Source of the DNA: Micrococcales bacterium
GTDB lineage: Bacteria > Actinomycetota > Actinomycetes > Actinomycetales > WQXJ01
Reading direction: 5' to 3'
Assembly: GCA_009784895.1 (NCBI GenBank)
Contig: WQXJ01000004.1
Location: forward strand, 3,193-67,192
DNA length: 64,000 nt
The translations under genes and the position numbers were made by a program. Shown piece by piece: positions 54,698 through 63,039 of the stretch (position 1 is the stretch's first letter; each line of letters starts with the position of its first letter). Under the pieces are notes generated by a model, which was given only the letters and a program-made list of their open reading frames with translations, was not told where the DNA came from and searched no databases.

Positions 54698-54779
54698 GTG
54701 CTAGCACAGGATTGTGCTTACGACACAGGCTAGCCAGGTTATGACTTTGGGAACAAGGGTTATGCTTTTTGATAGCATA
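54698..54779. promoter_or_regulatory. Divergent frcB/rok control region with two palindromes; candidate operators
   Basis: The perfect 10-bp palindrome GTGCTAGCAC (54698-54707) lies just upstream of the frcB RBS. TATGCT-n7-AGCATA (54761-54779) lies just upstream of the ROK gene start. Confidence 0.3.
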
Positions 54780-54784
54780 TCCCC

Positions 54785-56005
54785 GTGGATAGGCCAACAC
54801 CCCAGGTGGGGTCATCACCCGCCACCTGGCTGAGAACAACCCCAGGCGAGCTCCTCGACATCATTCGGCACGAAGACCGGCCCATCACCAAGCTTGAACT
54901 GGCCAAGCGGACAGGGCTTTCTCGCAGCGCAGTGACCCAACGTGTTTCTTCGCTGCTCAACGCGGGATTGGTGATACCAACCAGACACCTCGCTGAAGAC
55001 ACCGGCGGGCGACCGGCCGAACGCTACGCCGTAAATCCGAATTGGGGCGTCTCCCTTATTGCCGACACAGGCGCCACGGGCATGCGCACCGCCGTCTGCG
55101 ACTTGTCGGGGCACCTGCTCAATGAACACTTCGACTGGATTGACATCACCCAAGGACCGGATGCCATTCTCGGAGCCATTTCGAAGCGCTTCAGTTCGCA
55201 TCTGGTCAGCCGAAGGCTTTCTCCCGGTCACGTTAGAGGCATAGGCATCAGCGTCCCAGGCCCGGTCGATGCCCGAACCGGCCGAGTTGTCAGTCCACCG
55301 ATTATGACCGGATGGCATGACTACGACATTCCAGGCTTTTTTTCCGCCCAATTTGACTGCCCGGTCACAGTCGAAAAGGACACCAACGCAATGGTCTACG
55401 GGGCTTTTCGATCGTCAACTGCCGCGGAACAGAACATGGTCTTCGTCAAGGTCGGCACCGGGATTGGCGCCGGGCTGATGCTCTCAGGTCGGCTCTATCG
55501 CGGAGCCGATGGCGCCGCTGGTGACGTCGGTCATACCCGCCTTGACTCAGCCGGCGAGGTAGCGCCGGCATGCCGCTGCAACAACCTCGGCTGCGTCGAA
55601 GCCTACGCCGGAGGCTGGGCCATACTACGCGACCTGCAGGCGGCTGGGGTTGAGGTCTACACCATCGATGAATTGGTCAAAGCCGTCCATGAGGGCAACG
55701 CTGAAGCCCGAGCCATGGTCCTAGAATCCGCCAGCATCATCGGCACGGCAGTCGCGCACCTGGTCAACATGGCTAACCCAAGGGCCGTTGTTCTTGGTGG
55801 GCAACTGGTTGGCCTGGGCGATCTTGTCCTCGCGACGGTCCGCGAGCAGGTCTACAGGCTTTCGTTGCCCTTGGCGACTCGTAACCTCACGATCACAACC
55901 TGCGAACTACCTAACCCCGGGGTACTGGGCCTGGCGGCCCTGGTCTCGGACCTCGTGCTTGGGCCAGATAACGTCGACCGCCTTTTGGCTGACCGGCGTG
56001 GCTGA
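54785..56005 (+). CDS. ROK family transcriptional regulator
   Basis: N-terminal wHTH ITKLELAKRTGLSRSAVTQRVSSLLNAGLV. ROK domain with the Zn motif GHTRLD...CRCNNLGCVEAYAGG. The GTG start at 54785 is uncertain. Confidence 0.88.
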   Translation: MDRPTPQVGSSPATWLRTTPGELLDIIRHEDRPITKLELAKRTGLSRSAVTQRVSSLLNAGLVIPTRHLAEDTGGRPAERYAVNPNWGVSLIADTGATGMRTAVCDLSGHLLNEHFDWIDITQGPDAILGAISKRFSSHLVSRRLSPGHVRGIGISVPGPVDARTGRVVSPPIMTGWHDYDIPGFFSAQFDCPVTVEKDTNAMVYGAFRSSTAAEQNMVFVKVGTGIGAGLMLSGRLYRGADGAAGDVGHTRLDSAGEVAPACRCNNLGCVEAYAGGWAILRDLQAAGVEVYTIDELVKAVHEGNAEARAMVLESASIIGTAVAHLVNMANPRAVVLGGQLVGLGDLVLATVREQVYRLSLPLATRNLTITTCELPNPGVLGLAALVSDLVLGPDNVDRLLADRRG

Positions 56006-56101
56006 ACCAGACCAAACCAACCCCGGCCTAACACGCCCAGGCCAAGCACGCCATCGGGCACCTCACAAAACAAGCCATAGCTAGATAGGGAGACAGATCA
56101 C

Positions 56102-56857
56102 ATGGCAGGGAGACTACAAGGCAAGGCTGTTTTGATCACGGGCTCGGCCACAGGCATCGGGGCTGCCGTTGCTAAGAGGATGGCCAAGGAAGGCGCCCAG
56201 CTCATGCTGGGGTACCACAACACGCCCAATGACGGGCTGGTGGCCGAGATTAGAGCCAGCGGCGGGGTTGCCGATCGGGTTCGGATCGACGCCACAAACG
56301 AGGAAGACTGCCGGGCCGGAGTGGCTGCGACCCTCGAAGAATACGGTCGGTTGGACGTGGCTTTCAACAACCACGGTGTCTTGCCCCGGGGCGGTTTGCT
56401 ACATGAATGTCCTACTGAGGAGTTCGACTGGACCATCGCCGCTAATCTCAAAGGCGTGTTCTTGATGATGAAACACGAGGTACCGGCGATGCTGGCGTCC
56501 GGCGGCGGTTCGATCATCAACACCGCCTCGTTGGTTGGCATCACGGCCGATCCAATGACTACGCCGTATGTGGCTGCGAAACATGGCGTGGTTGGCCTGA
56601 CCAAGGGCGCCGCCCTGGACTACGCCCAACAGGGCATTAGGGTGAACGCCATCGCGCCAGGCTTGACCGAAACGGCCATGGCCAGACCCATCATGAATGA
56701 AGCCGGCTTCAGCGAGGCCATCAAGACCAGGAACCCGATGGGTCGGATTTCTCAGCCGGATGAGCAGGTTGGAATGGTCATCTACCTGGCCTCAAACGAA
56801 TCGACCTTTACCACCGGCCAGACCTTTCTAGTCGACGGTGGGCAAGCGGCCCACTAG
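56102..56857 (+). CDS. SDR family oxidoreductase
   Basis: TGSATGIGAA cofactor motif, NNHG, and the YVAAKHG catalytic YxxxK. Confidence 0.88.
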   Translation: MAGRLQGKAVLITGSATGIGAAVAKRMAKEGAQLMLGYHNTPNDGLVAEIRASGGVADRVRIDATNEEDCRAGVAATLEEYGRLDVAFNNHGVLPRGGLLHECPTEEFDWTIAANLKGVFLMMKHEVPAMLASGGGSIINTASLVGITADPMTTPYVAAKHGVVGLTKGAALDYAQQGIRVNAIAPGLTETAMARPIMNEAGFSEAIKTRNPMGRISQPDEQVGMVIYLASNESTFTTGQTFLVDGGQAAH

Positions 56858-56878
56858 GCCAAGAAAGGCTCGACAACA

Positions 56879-56938
56879 TACTTGCCCGATGTCGCGTGCC
56901 CGGCTCAGCCGGTCTCTCCCCCGGGTGTTGCGGGCGTA
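56879..56938 (+). repeat. 60-bp palindromic dispersed element, copy B (identical to copy A)
   Basis: 60/60 identity with 47594-47653. It starts 22 nt after the SDR stop and contains the last 10 codons and the stop codon of the convergent lacI-family gene. Confidence 0.85.
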
Positions 56939-57921
56939 AGCGGAGTGCTGCCTCGAACCACCAGCGCGGAGGCAAAGCGCACGTCGCGCGGCGGCAATGA
57001 AGGATCTTCGATTCGCTCGAGTAGCAGCCTGGCTCCAACCGACGCCATTTCGCGGCTCGGTTGACGAACTGTGGTCAGGCTGAAGCTGGGCCACGACGCC
57101 ATGGCGATGTCGTCATAGCCAACGATCCAGCATTGATGGGCCGGTACGCCCATCTCTTGCCGGGCGTCAAGGGCACCAAGCGCCATGAAGTCATTGGCAC
57201 AAAAGATGGCCCGGGGGTGTGGGGATCGAGACAGCAGTCGCCTTGTAGCCTGTTCGGTCCGGTCGTGGGAAAAGCCTCCGGCCACCCGCAAATGCTCTGG
57301 CACCGGATACCCCAGATGGGCCATGCGCTGGAGAAACCCTTTTTGACGGTCCCGCGAGGTGGCGGCCTGTTCGTCGCCACTGATGAAGGCAACGTCGGTG
57401 CGACCGTTTTCGAGGAAGAAGTCCGCCACCGACGCCCCGCCGTCAGCGTTGTCGCTCGAAACTCGGTCGCATTCGACGCCTTCGACAATGCGGTTGATCA
57501 GCACGATTGGCCGGCGGACATCACTAGCTGCTCGCAGCTCACTGGAGTCTCCGGTGGCCGTGGCAAAGACCACCCCGTCGACGGCGGCCTCTCCAATGGC
57601 CTTGATGGCGTCCTTGTTTCCCGTCTTGCCAGAGTTCCAAACCACGACCCGGAAACCGGCCGCGTCCAGGGATCGGGTCAGTTCGTCGAGCACTTCCGGG
57701 TAAAACGGATTGGCCAGGTCCGCCACGACGACTCCAATGGTCCGGGTCCGGCGCGTTTTCATGGCCTTTGCCCCAGCGTGAGGGACGTAGCGAAGCTGTT
57801 CCATAGCAGCCATCACACGGGCGCGCGTGGCTGGAGAGACCTCTGAGTTTGCGGTCATCGCCCGGGAGACCGTCGCCTGAGACACGCCCGCAAGCCGAGC
57901 CACGTCTCGACTCGTCACCAT
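56905..57921 (-). CDS. LacI family transcriptional regulator
   Basis: N-terminal HTH MVTSRDVARLAGVSQATVSRAM followed by a periplasmic-binding-protein-like sugar-binding core. The C-terminal tail TPATPGGETG is encoded by the repeat element. Confidence 0.88.
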   Translation of the reverse strand: MVTSRDVARLAGVSQATVSRAMTANSEVSPATRARVMAAMEQLRYVPHAGAKAMKTRRTRTIGVVVADLANPFYPEVLDELTRSLDAAGFRVVVWNSGKTGNKDAIKAIGEAAVDGVVFATATGDSSELRAASDVRRPIVLINRIVEGVECDRVSSDNADGGASVADFFLENGRTDVAFISGDEQAATSRDRQKGFLQRMAHLGYPVPEHLRVAGGFSHDRTEQATRRLLSRSPHPRAIFCANDFMALGALDARQEMGVPAHQCWIVGYDDIAMASWPSFSLTTVRQPSREMASVGARLLLERIEDPSLPPRDVRFASALVVRGSTPLTPATPGGETG

Positions 57922-57989
57922 TGCCTCATCCTCACTTCACTAGAACTAGCTTTCGGGGGGCTAGTGAACCGGTGACTGCCACCAGTATT

Positions 57990-59375
57990 CTAGGCGACCG
58001 GTCCAGGGCGGCGCCGGTGCCAGGATGTACCGGCTTGGTAGCCTTTGGCGACTTTGAGCAGGCCGGCCTCGCAGTGCCTCTTTCCGATCAGTTGAATTCC
58101 GGCTGGAAGGCCGTCCTGGTCAAAGCCACAAGGCACAGAAATGGCCGGCAGTCCGGCGGCGCTGGCGTAGGCGGAGTAACGCAGCGCCGCCGCAATCATC
58201 GTTTCGCTTACGCCGGACCTCAAAGTGACCGATGTTTCGCCTATTCGTGGCGCCACAAAACCAACCGTGGGCGTCAGAATCGCGTCGACCTGGGTCAAGG
58301 CACTGGCAAACGATCTGGCCAGGATTTGCCGTGTCTGCTGGGCTTGTAGGTATTCCAGTGAGGAAATGGTTTGCCCGGCGTAGATCAGGGTGCGGATGTC
58401 CTGGCCATATTTGGCAGCATTGGTGTTGATCCAGCCGGCGTGAACCACGCTTGGTTCAGCCAGGTCAACGAGCATCAAGGCGGCGTGGGCGACATCGATC
58501 CCAGGAATTGAGACCTCGACAATCTGCGCCCCAAGTCGCATCAGATCGTCTTGGGCGGCCTCGAACAGCTCCAGGACACCCGCCTCTAGCGCCTCCATGT
58601 CAAGCCCGGCCACAACTCCCAGCCTGACACCAGCCAGTGGCTGGGCCTTTTTGAGGTCCAGGCCAAACTCATGCCGGTGGCTCCCGCCGGACAAAGCTTC
58701 GTAGACCAAGGAGACATCCTCAGCGGTTCTGGCCAGTGGCCCGCAAGTGTCCAGCGTCCAAGCCAATGGCAAGACCCCATCATTGCTAACCGCCCCGACG
58801 GAAGGCCTCAGCCCAACAAGGCCGTTCAGGGCCGCCGGAACTCGGACTGATCCGCCTGTGTCGGAACCCAGCGCTACGAGGCAAAGCCCCGATGCCACGG
58901 CCGCGGCCGAACCGCCACTCGAACCACCGGCATAGCGTTCTCGGTCCCAGGCGTTGCGAACAGGACCCCGCCAGTGGCTTTCACTGGTCAATCCGTGAGC
59001 GAATTCGTGCATTGCCAGAGTCAGGGTCGGGATGGCACCGCAGCTGCGCATTAGACGTACCACCGCGGCATCGTCCGGAGCGATACGACCCTCGAGCACC
59101 CGGCTACCGGCCACGGTTTCAACGCCAGCGACATCCATGTTTTCCTTTACGCCAAAGGGAATGCCGTGCAGTGGGTGGAGACCAGGAGTCTTAGCTCGTT
59201 GCGCGTCGGCCTGAGCAGCCGCCTGCAAAGCTGACTCTTCCAGGCACCGCACCACAGAGTTGGTCGAGTCATGTTTGGCGGCCAAGACCATGTCTTCGAC
59301 CAACTCGACCGAGCTGACCTGACCATCTCTCAGGGCCTGGGCGGTCGCGCTAATCGAGTCGTAGGCATTGCTCAT
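57990..59375 (-). CDS. Amidase-signature family amidohydrolase (AtzE/GatA-like)
   Basis: AS signature GGSSGGSAAAVA and the catalytic Lys context FGVKENMDVAG. 461 aa. The start overlaps the stop of the upstream small ORF by 4 nt. Confidence 0.85.
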   Translation of the reverse strand: MSNAYDSISATAQALRDGQVSSVELVEDMVLAAKHDSTNSVVRCLEESALQAAAQADAQRAKTPGLHPLHGIPFGVKENMDVAGVETVAGSRVLEGRIAPDDAAVVRLMRSCGAIPTLTLAMHEFAHGLTSESHWRGPVRNAWDRERYAGGSSGGSAAAVASGLCLVALGSDTGGSVRVPAALNGLVGLRPSVGAVSNDGVLPLAWTLDTCGPLARTAEDVSLVYEALSGGSHRHEFGLDLKKAQPLAGVRLGVVAGLDMEALEAGVLELFEAAQDDLMRLGAQIVEVSIPGIDVAHAALMLVDLAEPSVVHAGWINTNAAKYGQDIRTLIYAGQTISSLEYLQAQQTRQILARSFASALTQVDAILTPTVGFVAPRIGETSVTLRSGVSETMIAAALRYSAYASAAGLPAISVPCGFDQDGLPAGIQLIGKRHCEAGLLKVAKGYQAGTSWHRRRPGPVA

Positions 59376-59572
59376 GGCTGCCCTGGTTCCTCAAACAGGC
59401 CAGTTACGGCAAACGGGGCGGTCGCGTGATGGCCGGCGACAAACGAGCTCACCCGCTGGGCGTGTTGGACCAGTTCTTCGACGATCCCCAGGGCCTGGTC
59501 TTGTTCGGCTTGGGCAATGCCGAGCCGGCTGAGCCGGTCGACAGCTTGTTTTCTAGTGTCGCCTTGAGTCAT
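59372..59572 (-). CDS. Small (66-aa) protein, candidate AtzG/GatC-like (DUF4089-type) partner of the amidase
   Basis: The call rests on position (directly upstream of the amidase, translationally coupled at both ends), size, and the helical LGIAQAEQDQALGIVEELVQHAQRV pattern. Family assignment is from memory of DUF4089/AtzG context. Confidence 0.5.
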   Translation of the reverse strand: MTQGDTRKQAVDRLSRLGIAQAEQDQALGIVEELVQHAQRVSSFVAGHHATAPFAVTGLFEEPGQP

Positions 59573-60276
59573 CGCAAGCCCAAGTATTCCTGCTGCATGG
59601 CCTCGTTGGCGCGAAGCTCCGCCGGTGGGCCGGAATGGACAATCCGTCCAGAGTCCATCACGAACAGCCGGCCAACAATGCTGGTAACAAAGTCAAAGTT
59701 CTGTTCCACCAAGAGCACAGAAATCCCTTGGTCCGAGGCGAGGTCAGCAATGATTTCGCCAATTTGCTGGACAATTGTCGGTTGAATGCCTTCCGAAGGC
59801 TCGTCCAGCAGGAGCAGTTTGGGCTTGGACACCAGGGCCCGGGCAATGGCCAGGATCTGCTGCTGGCCGCCGGACAGTTCGCCGCCCGGTTGGTCTTTCT
59901 TTTCGTTCAGCATTTCGAAATTGGCTAGAACCTCGTTGACCACGACGCTCGGTTTGGCCACGCCCGCTCCGTGGCAGGCCACTTTGATGTTGTCTTGGAC
60001 CGACATGCCGGCGAAGATCTGGCGGCCCTGCGGCACATAGGCAATGCCCCGCCTGGCTCGCCGGTGGGTGCGCTCGTTGGTGATTTCTTGGCCGTCGAAG
60101 GTGATGGTGCCGGACTTGACCGGCAGCAGACCCATGATGGTCTTAAGCGCAGTTGACTTACCGACACCGTTTCTGCCCAGAAGGCCAGCAATCTCGCCTG
60201 GTTTAACCTCAAGGCTGCAATTGTCTAACACCATGGTCCGCTTGTAGCCCGAGGTTACTTGGGAGACCTTCAGCAT
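59569..60276 (-). CDS. livF: Branched-chain amino acid/amide-type ABC transporter ATP-binding protein (LivF-like)
   Basis: GRNGVGKST Walker A, LSGGQQQ signature, LLLDEPSEG Walker B. Confidence 0.88.
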   Translation of the reverse strand: MLKVSQVTSGYKRTMVLDNCSLEVKPGEIAGLLGRNGVGKSTALKTIMGLLPVKSGTITFDGQEITNERTHRRARRGIAYVPQGRQIFAGMSVQDNIKVACHGAGVAKPSVVVNEVLANFEMLNEKKDQPGGELSGGQQQILAIARALVSKPKLLLLDEPSEGIQPTIVQQIGEIIADLASDQGISVLLVEQNFDFVTSIVGRLFVMDSGRIVHSGPPAELRANEAMQQEYLGLR

Positions 60277-60279
60277 GGC

Positions 60280-62157
60280 TCAGCTCCTCCCCAGGTACAC
60301 CCGTTGCACCTGCTCATTGTCGCGCAGCTCCTCCAGCGTGCCGGTAACGAGCAATTCGCCCTGGTGGAGCACCGAAATGGGGGCATCGAGCTGGCGGACG
60401 AACTCCATGTCGTGGTCCACCACAATGACCGGAATGTGCTGGGCGACCTTTCGCACCATTTCCGCCACCCGAGACGATTCGACTTTGCCCATGCCGGCCG
60501 CCGGTTCGTCCAAGAATAGGGTTCTGGGCTGCTGAGCCAACGCCATGGCGATATCCAGCCACTGCTGGTCGCCGTGGGCGACGTTTTCTACTGGCGCGGC
60601 CGCTCCAAACTCGTCATAGCCGAGCCAGGCCAAAACGCTGGCCGTGACGTGATCCGCCTCGGCGACGCTATTGGCGGTGGCTTGAGCGGCGATCCAAACG
60701 TTTTCTCTGACCGACAGCTCCGGGAACAAGCTTGGCACCTGTGACTTGATGGATATGCCGTGGCGGACTCGCCACGAGGCGTCTCGGTTGGACACTGATG
60801 TGCCGTTGACGGTGACGCTGCCACCGGTCAGCGTGTGGGTACCAACCAGGGCATGAAAGAAAGTTGACTTGCCGGCCCCGTTTGGGCCGATCAAACAGTA
60901 GGCGCCCACTGGGCCAAACTTGGCTGACACATCCCTGACGGCATTTACCCCGCCGAACGATTTCTTGACGTGAACGGCCTCGAGCACAAGACCGTTAGAT
61001 AGCCGCAGCGAGTCCAGCAGCTCTGCCATATCTTTCCCGGATGACTTTGACGGCTCGCCGGCGCCAGGCGTTTGCTGCTTTTTGGTCAGGCGTGACCTAA
61101 GCCAGCCCAGCCCGGCGCCAATCGCGGGCGCGATGCCCTTAGGCAGGGTCAGCACAATCACAATCAGGATCAGGCCAAGCACTAAAGGTGTGTAGGTACT
61201 CCCAGTGGACGCGATTTTGTTGGTGACCTGCTGGATCAAGAAAACGCCAACAAAAGCGCCAACCACCGAGGACTTGCCGCCAGCCACCACCCAAACGGCC
61301 AAAAGCGTTGCCATTTGCAGGCCAAATGCGGTCGGGTCGACAAAGTTGCCCCAGGCCGCGTACAGGCCTCCAGCCAAACCGGCCATGCCGCCACTTATGA
61401 CCAGGGCCAGTAGTTTTTGCCGCGGCACCCGAATCCCAAGTAGCGCGGCTCGAGACTCGTTGACCCGGATCGCCGCGAGCTTCCGCCCAAAGGCGGTTTG
61501 GCGCAGCATCACGATGACAAGTGCCACGATCACTGCCACTACCCCAACCAAGACGAAGTAGTCCCTGCCAAAAAAGGTGAAAGAGAGGTCTTTGTTTAGG
61601 CCCAGGTTCAGCGACGGGATGCCGATCATGCCGTTGAAGCCGCCCAGATGGGCTTTGCCAATGGTGTACTTGGCATCAGCCGTCGAGGACATGAAGGTGT
61701 AGAAGACCAGTGAGACCGCCAAGGTGGCGATGGCGACATAGACATCTGAGACGTTGCCGTAGAACAGGAAATAGCCGATCAGTGCAGCCAAGAGACCGCC
61801 GGCAATGACTCCGGCCAGCAAAGCCGTACCTGTCTCCCCCGTCACCGAGACCAGGTTCAGTGAGACCACCCCGTAGGTGTAGGCACCCAAACCAAAGAAC
61901 GCCACCTGGGCGAACGAGAAGACCCCGCCATGCCCCCAGACCCAGACAAAGCTGAGCGCCAAAATGGAGAAGACCAGCCATTGCGACCACTGCCGCATCT
62001 GGAAGTCGCTGCCCAGGAAACTCAAGGCCACCACCGCCACAATGGTGCCGGCGGTACCCCACCAGTGGCTGCGGCCCGCAAAGGCGCGCGATAGGAGTTT
62101 TCCTGGCCCAGGCGAGGCCATTGGCGGCCGTTTCTCGACGGTTTCGACGGGGCTCAT
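60280..62157 (-). CDS. Fused permease (LivM-like) and ATP-binding (LivG-like) ABC transporter protein
   Basis: The ATG at 62157 overlaps the livH TGA (ATGA). The N-terminal polytopic LivM-type domain is followed by GPNGAGKSTFFHAL, and by VVVDHDMEFV, typical of LivG. The 851-aa ORF opening at 62835 overlaps livH and is an artefact. Confidence 0.85.
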   Translation of the reverse strand: MSPVETVEKRPPMASPGPGKLLSRAFAGRSHWWGTAGTIVAVVALSFLGSDFQMRQWSQWLVFSILALSFVWVWGHGGVFSFAQVAFFGLGAYTYGVVSLNLVSVTGETGTALLAGVIAGGLLAALIGYFLFYGNVSDVYVAIATLAVSLVFYTFMSSTADAKYTIGKAHLGGFNGMIGIPSLNLGLNKDLSFTFFGRDYFVLVGVVAVIVALVIVMLRQTAFGRKLAAIRVNESRAALLGIRVPRQKLLALVISGGMAGLAGGLYAAWGNFVDPTAFGLQMATLLAVWVVAGGKSSVVGAFVGVFLIQQVTNKIASTGSTYTPLVLGLILIVIVLTLPKGIAPAIGAGLGWLRSRLTKKQQTPGAGEPSKSSGKDMAELLDSLRLSNGLVLEAVHVKKSFGGVNAVRDVSAKFGPVGAYCLIGPNGAGKSTFFHALVGTHTLTGGSVTVNGTSVSNRDASWRVRHGISIKSQVPSLFPELSVRENVWIAAQATANSVAEADHVTASVLAWLGYDEFGAAAPVENVAHGDQQWLDIAMALAQQPRTLFLDEPAAGMGKVESSRVAEMVRKVAQHIPVIVVDHDMEFVRQLDAPISVLHQGELLVTGTLEELRDNEQVQRVYLGRS

Positions 62158-63020
62158 AGCCTCTTCCCAAGCTTTCCGGAGATGCCGGTGGGCAAGAAAC
62201 GCAGGGCAATGATCGCCGCGAACAAAAGGGCCGCGATGCCCGCCATCGGACCTGACCACTGCGCCACCAGGCGCTCGATCGCGCCCAAACCCGAGGCCGA
62301 AAGCGACACGCCGGTGATAACTCCAGGCCCGCCAACCACAACCGTCATGAAGGCCCGGGCAATGTAAACCGTGCCCATAGTGGCGGCGATGGCGACGACC
62401 GGCGACAAAAGTGCCCCGCCGGCCCCCGCCAACGCACTGCCAAATCCGAAGGTGAACATATTGACATTTGAGATGTTGATGCCCAGGCTCGAGGCCATTT
62501 CGGGCCGCTCGGTGGCCGCCCGCGCCATCAACCCGACTCGGGTCCGGGTGAACACCATCCAGGCCAGCACTAGCAGGCCGGCCGCTCCGACTATCAACAC
62601 CAGGCGGTAGTTGGCGATCGAATAGCTGCCGATCGTCATTTTGCCCAGTGGCGTGGCGATGCCCTCCGGGCTGGTCCCCCAGATCAGCAGCGCTACCTGG
62701 GTCAGGACCAGGCTCAGCCCAAAAGTGGCCAGGATTGTCACTTCGGTCCGGCCGTAGAAGCGCCTGATGAGCGCCCTTTCCACGACTACTCCAAGTAGTC
62801 CGGTGCCTAGGCTCGCCAGGATCATCGAGATCCACAGCGGGATCCCCAGCCTGACTCCGGTCAACGTGAAGAACGCCCCTAGCATGAGGAACTCGCCGTG
62901 TGCGAAGTTGATCACCTTCATCATGCCGAAAATCACGGCCAGGCCCAACGAGATCAAAACCAGCGTTGCAATTCCCGTCGCAATCCCCAGAAGGAGGATG
63001 ACAACCTCATCAATGCCCAT
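62154..63020 (-). CDS. livH: Branched-chain amino acid/amide-type ABC transporter permease (LivH-like)
   Basis: 288-aa polytopic protein, with INFAHGEFLMLGAF typical of LivH. Confidence 0.88.
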   Translation of the reverse strand: MGIDEVVILLLGIATGIATLVLISLGLAVIFGMMKVINFAHGEFLMLGAFFTLTGVRLGIPLWISMILASLGTGLLGVVVERALIRRFYGRTEVTILATFGLSLVLTQVALLIWGTSPEGIATPLGKMTIGSYSIANYRLVLIVGAAGLLVLAWMVFTRTRVGLMARAATERPEMASSLGINISNVNMFTFGFGSALAGAGGALLSPVVAIAATMGTVYIARAFMTVVVGGPGVITGVSLSASGLGAIERLVAQWSGPMAGIAALLFAAIIALRFLPTGISGKLGKRL

Positions 63021-63039
63021 CAGGCGCCCGCCCTTTCTA

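Noticed and set aside
62158-62835. The N-terminal 226 codons of the 851-aa ORF containing the LivM-LivG fusion
   Set aside because: It overlaps livH in another frame and is Gly/Arg/Pro-rich with no transporter features. The ATG at 62157 forms an ATGA junction with the livH stop and starts the real LivM-like domain.
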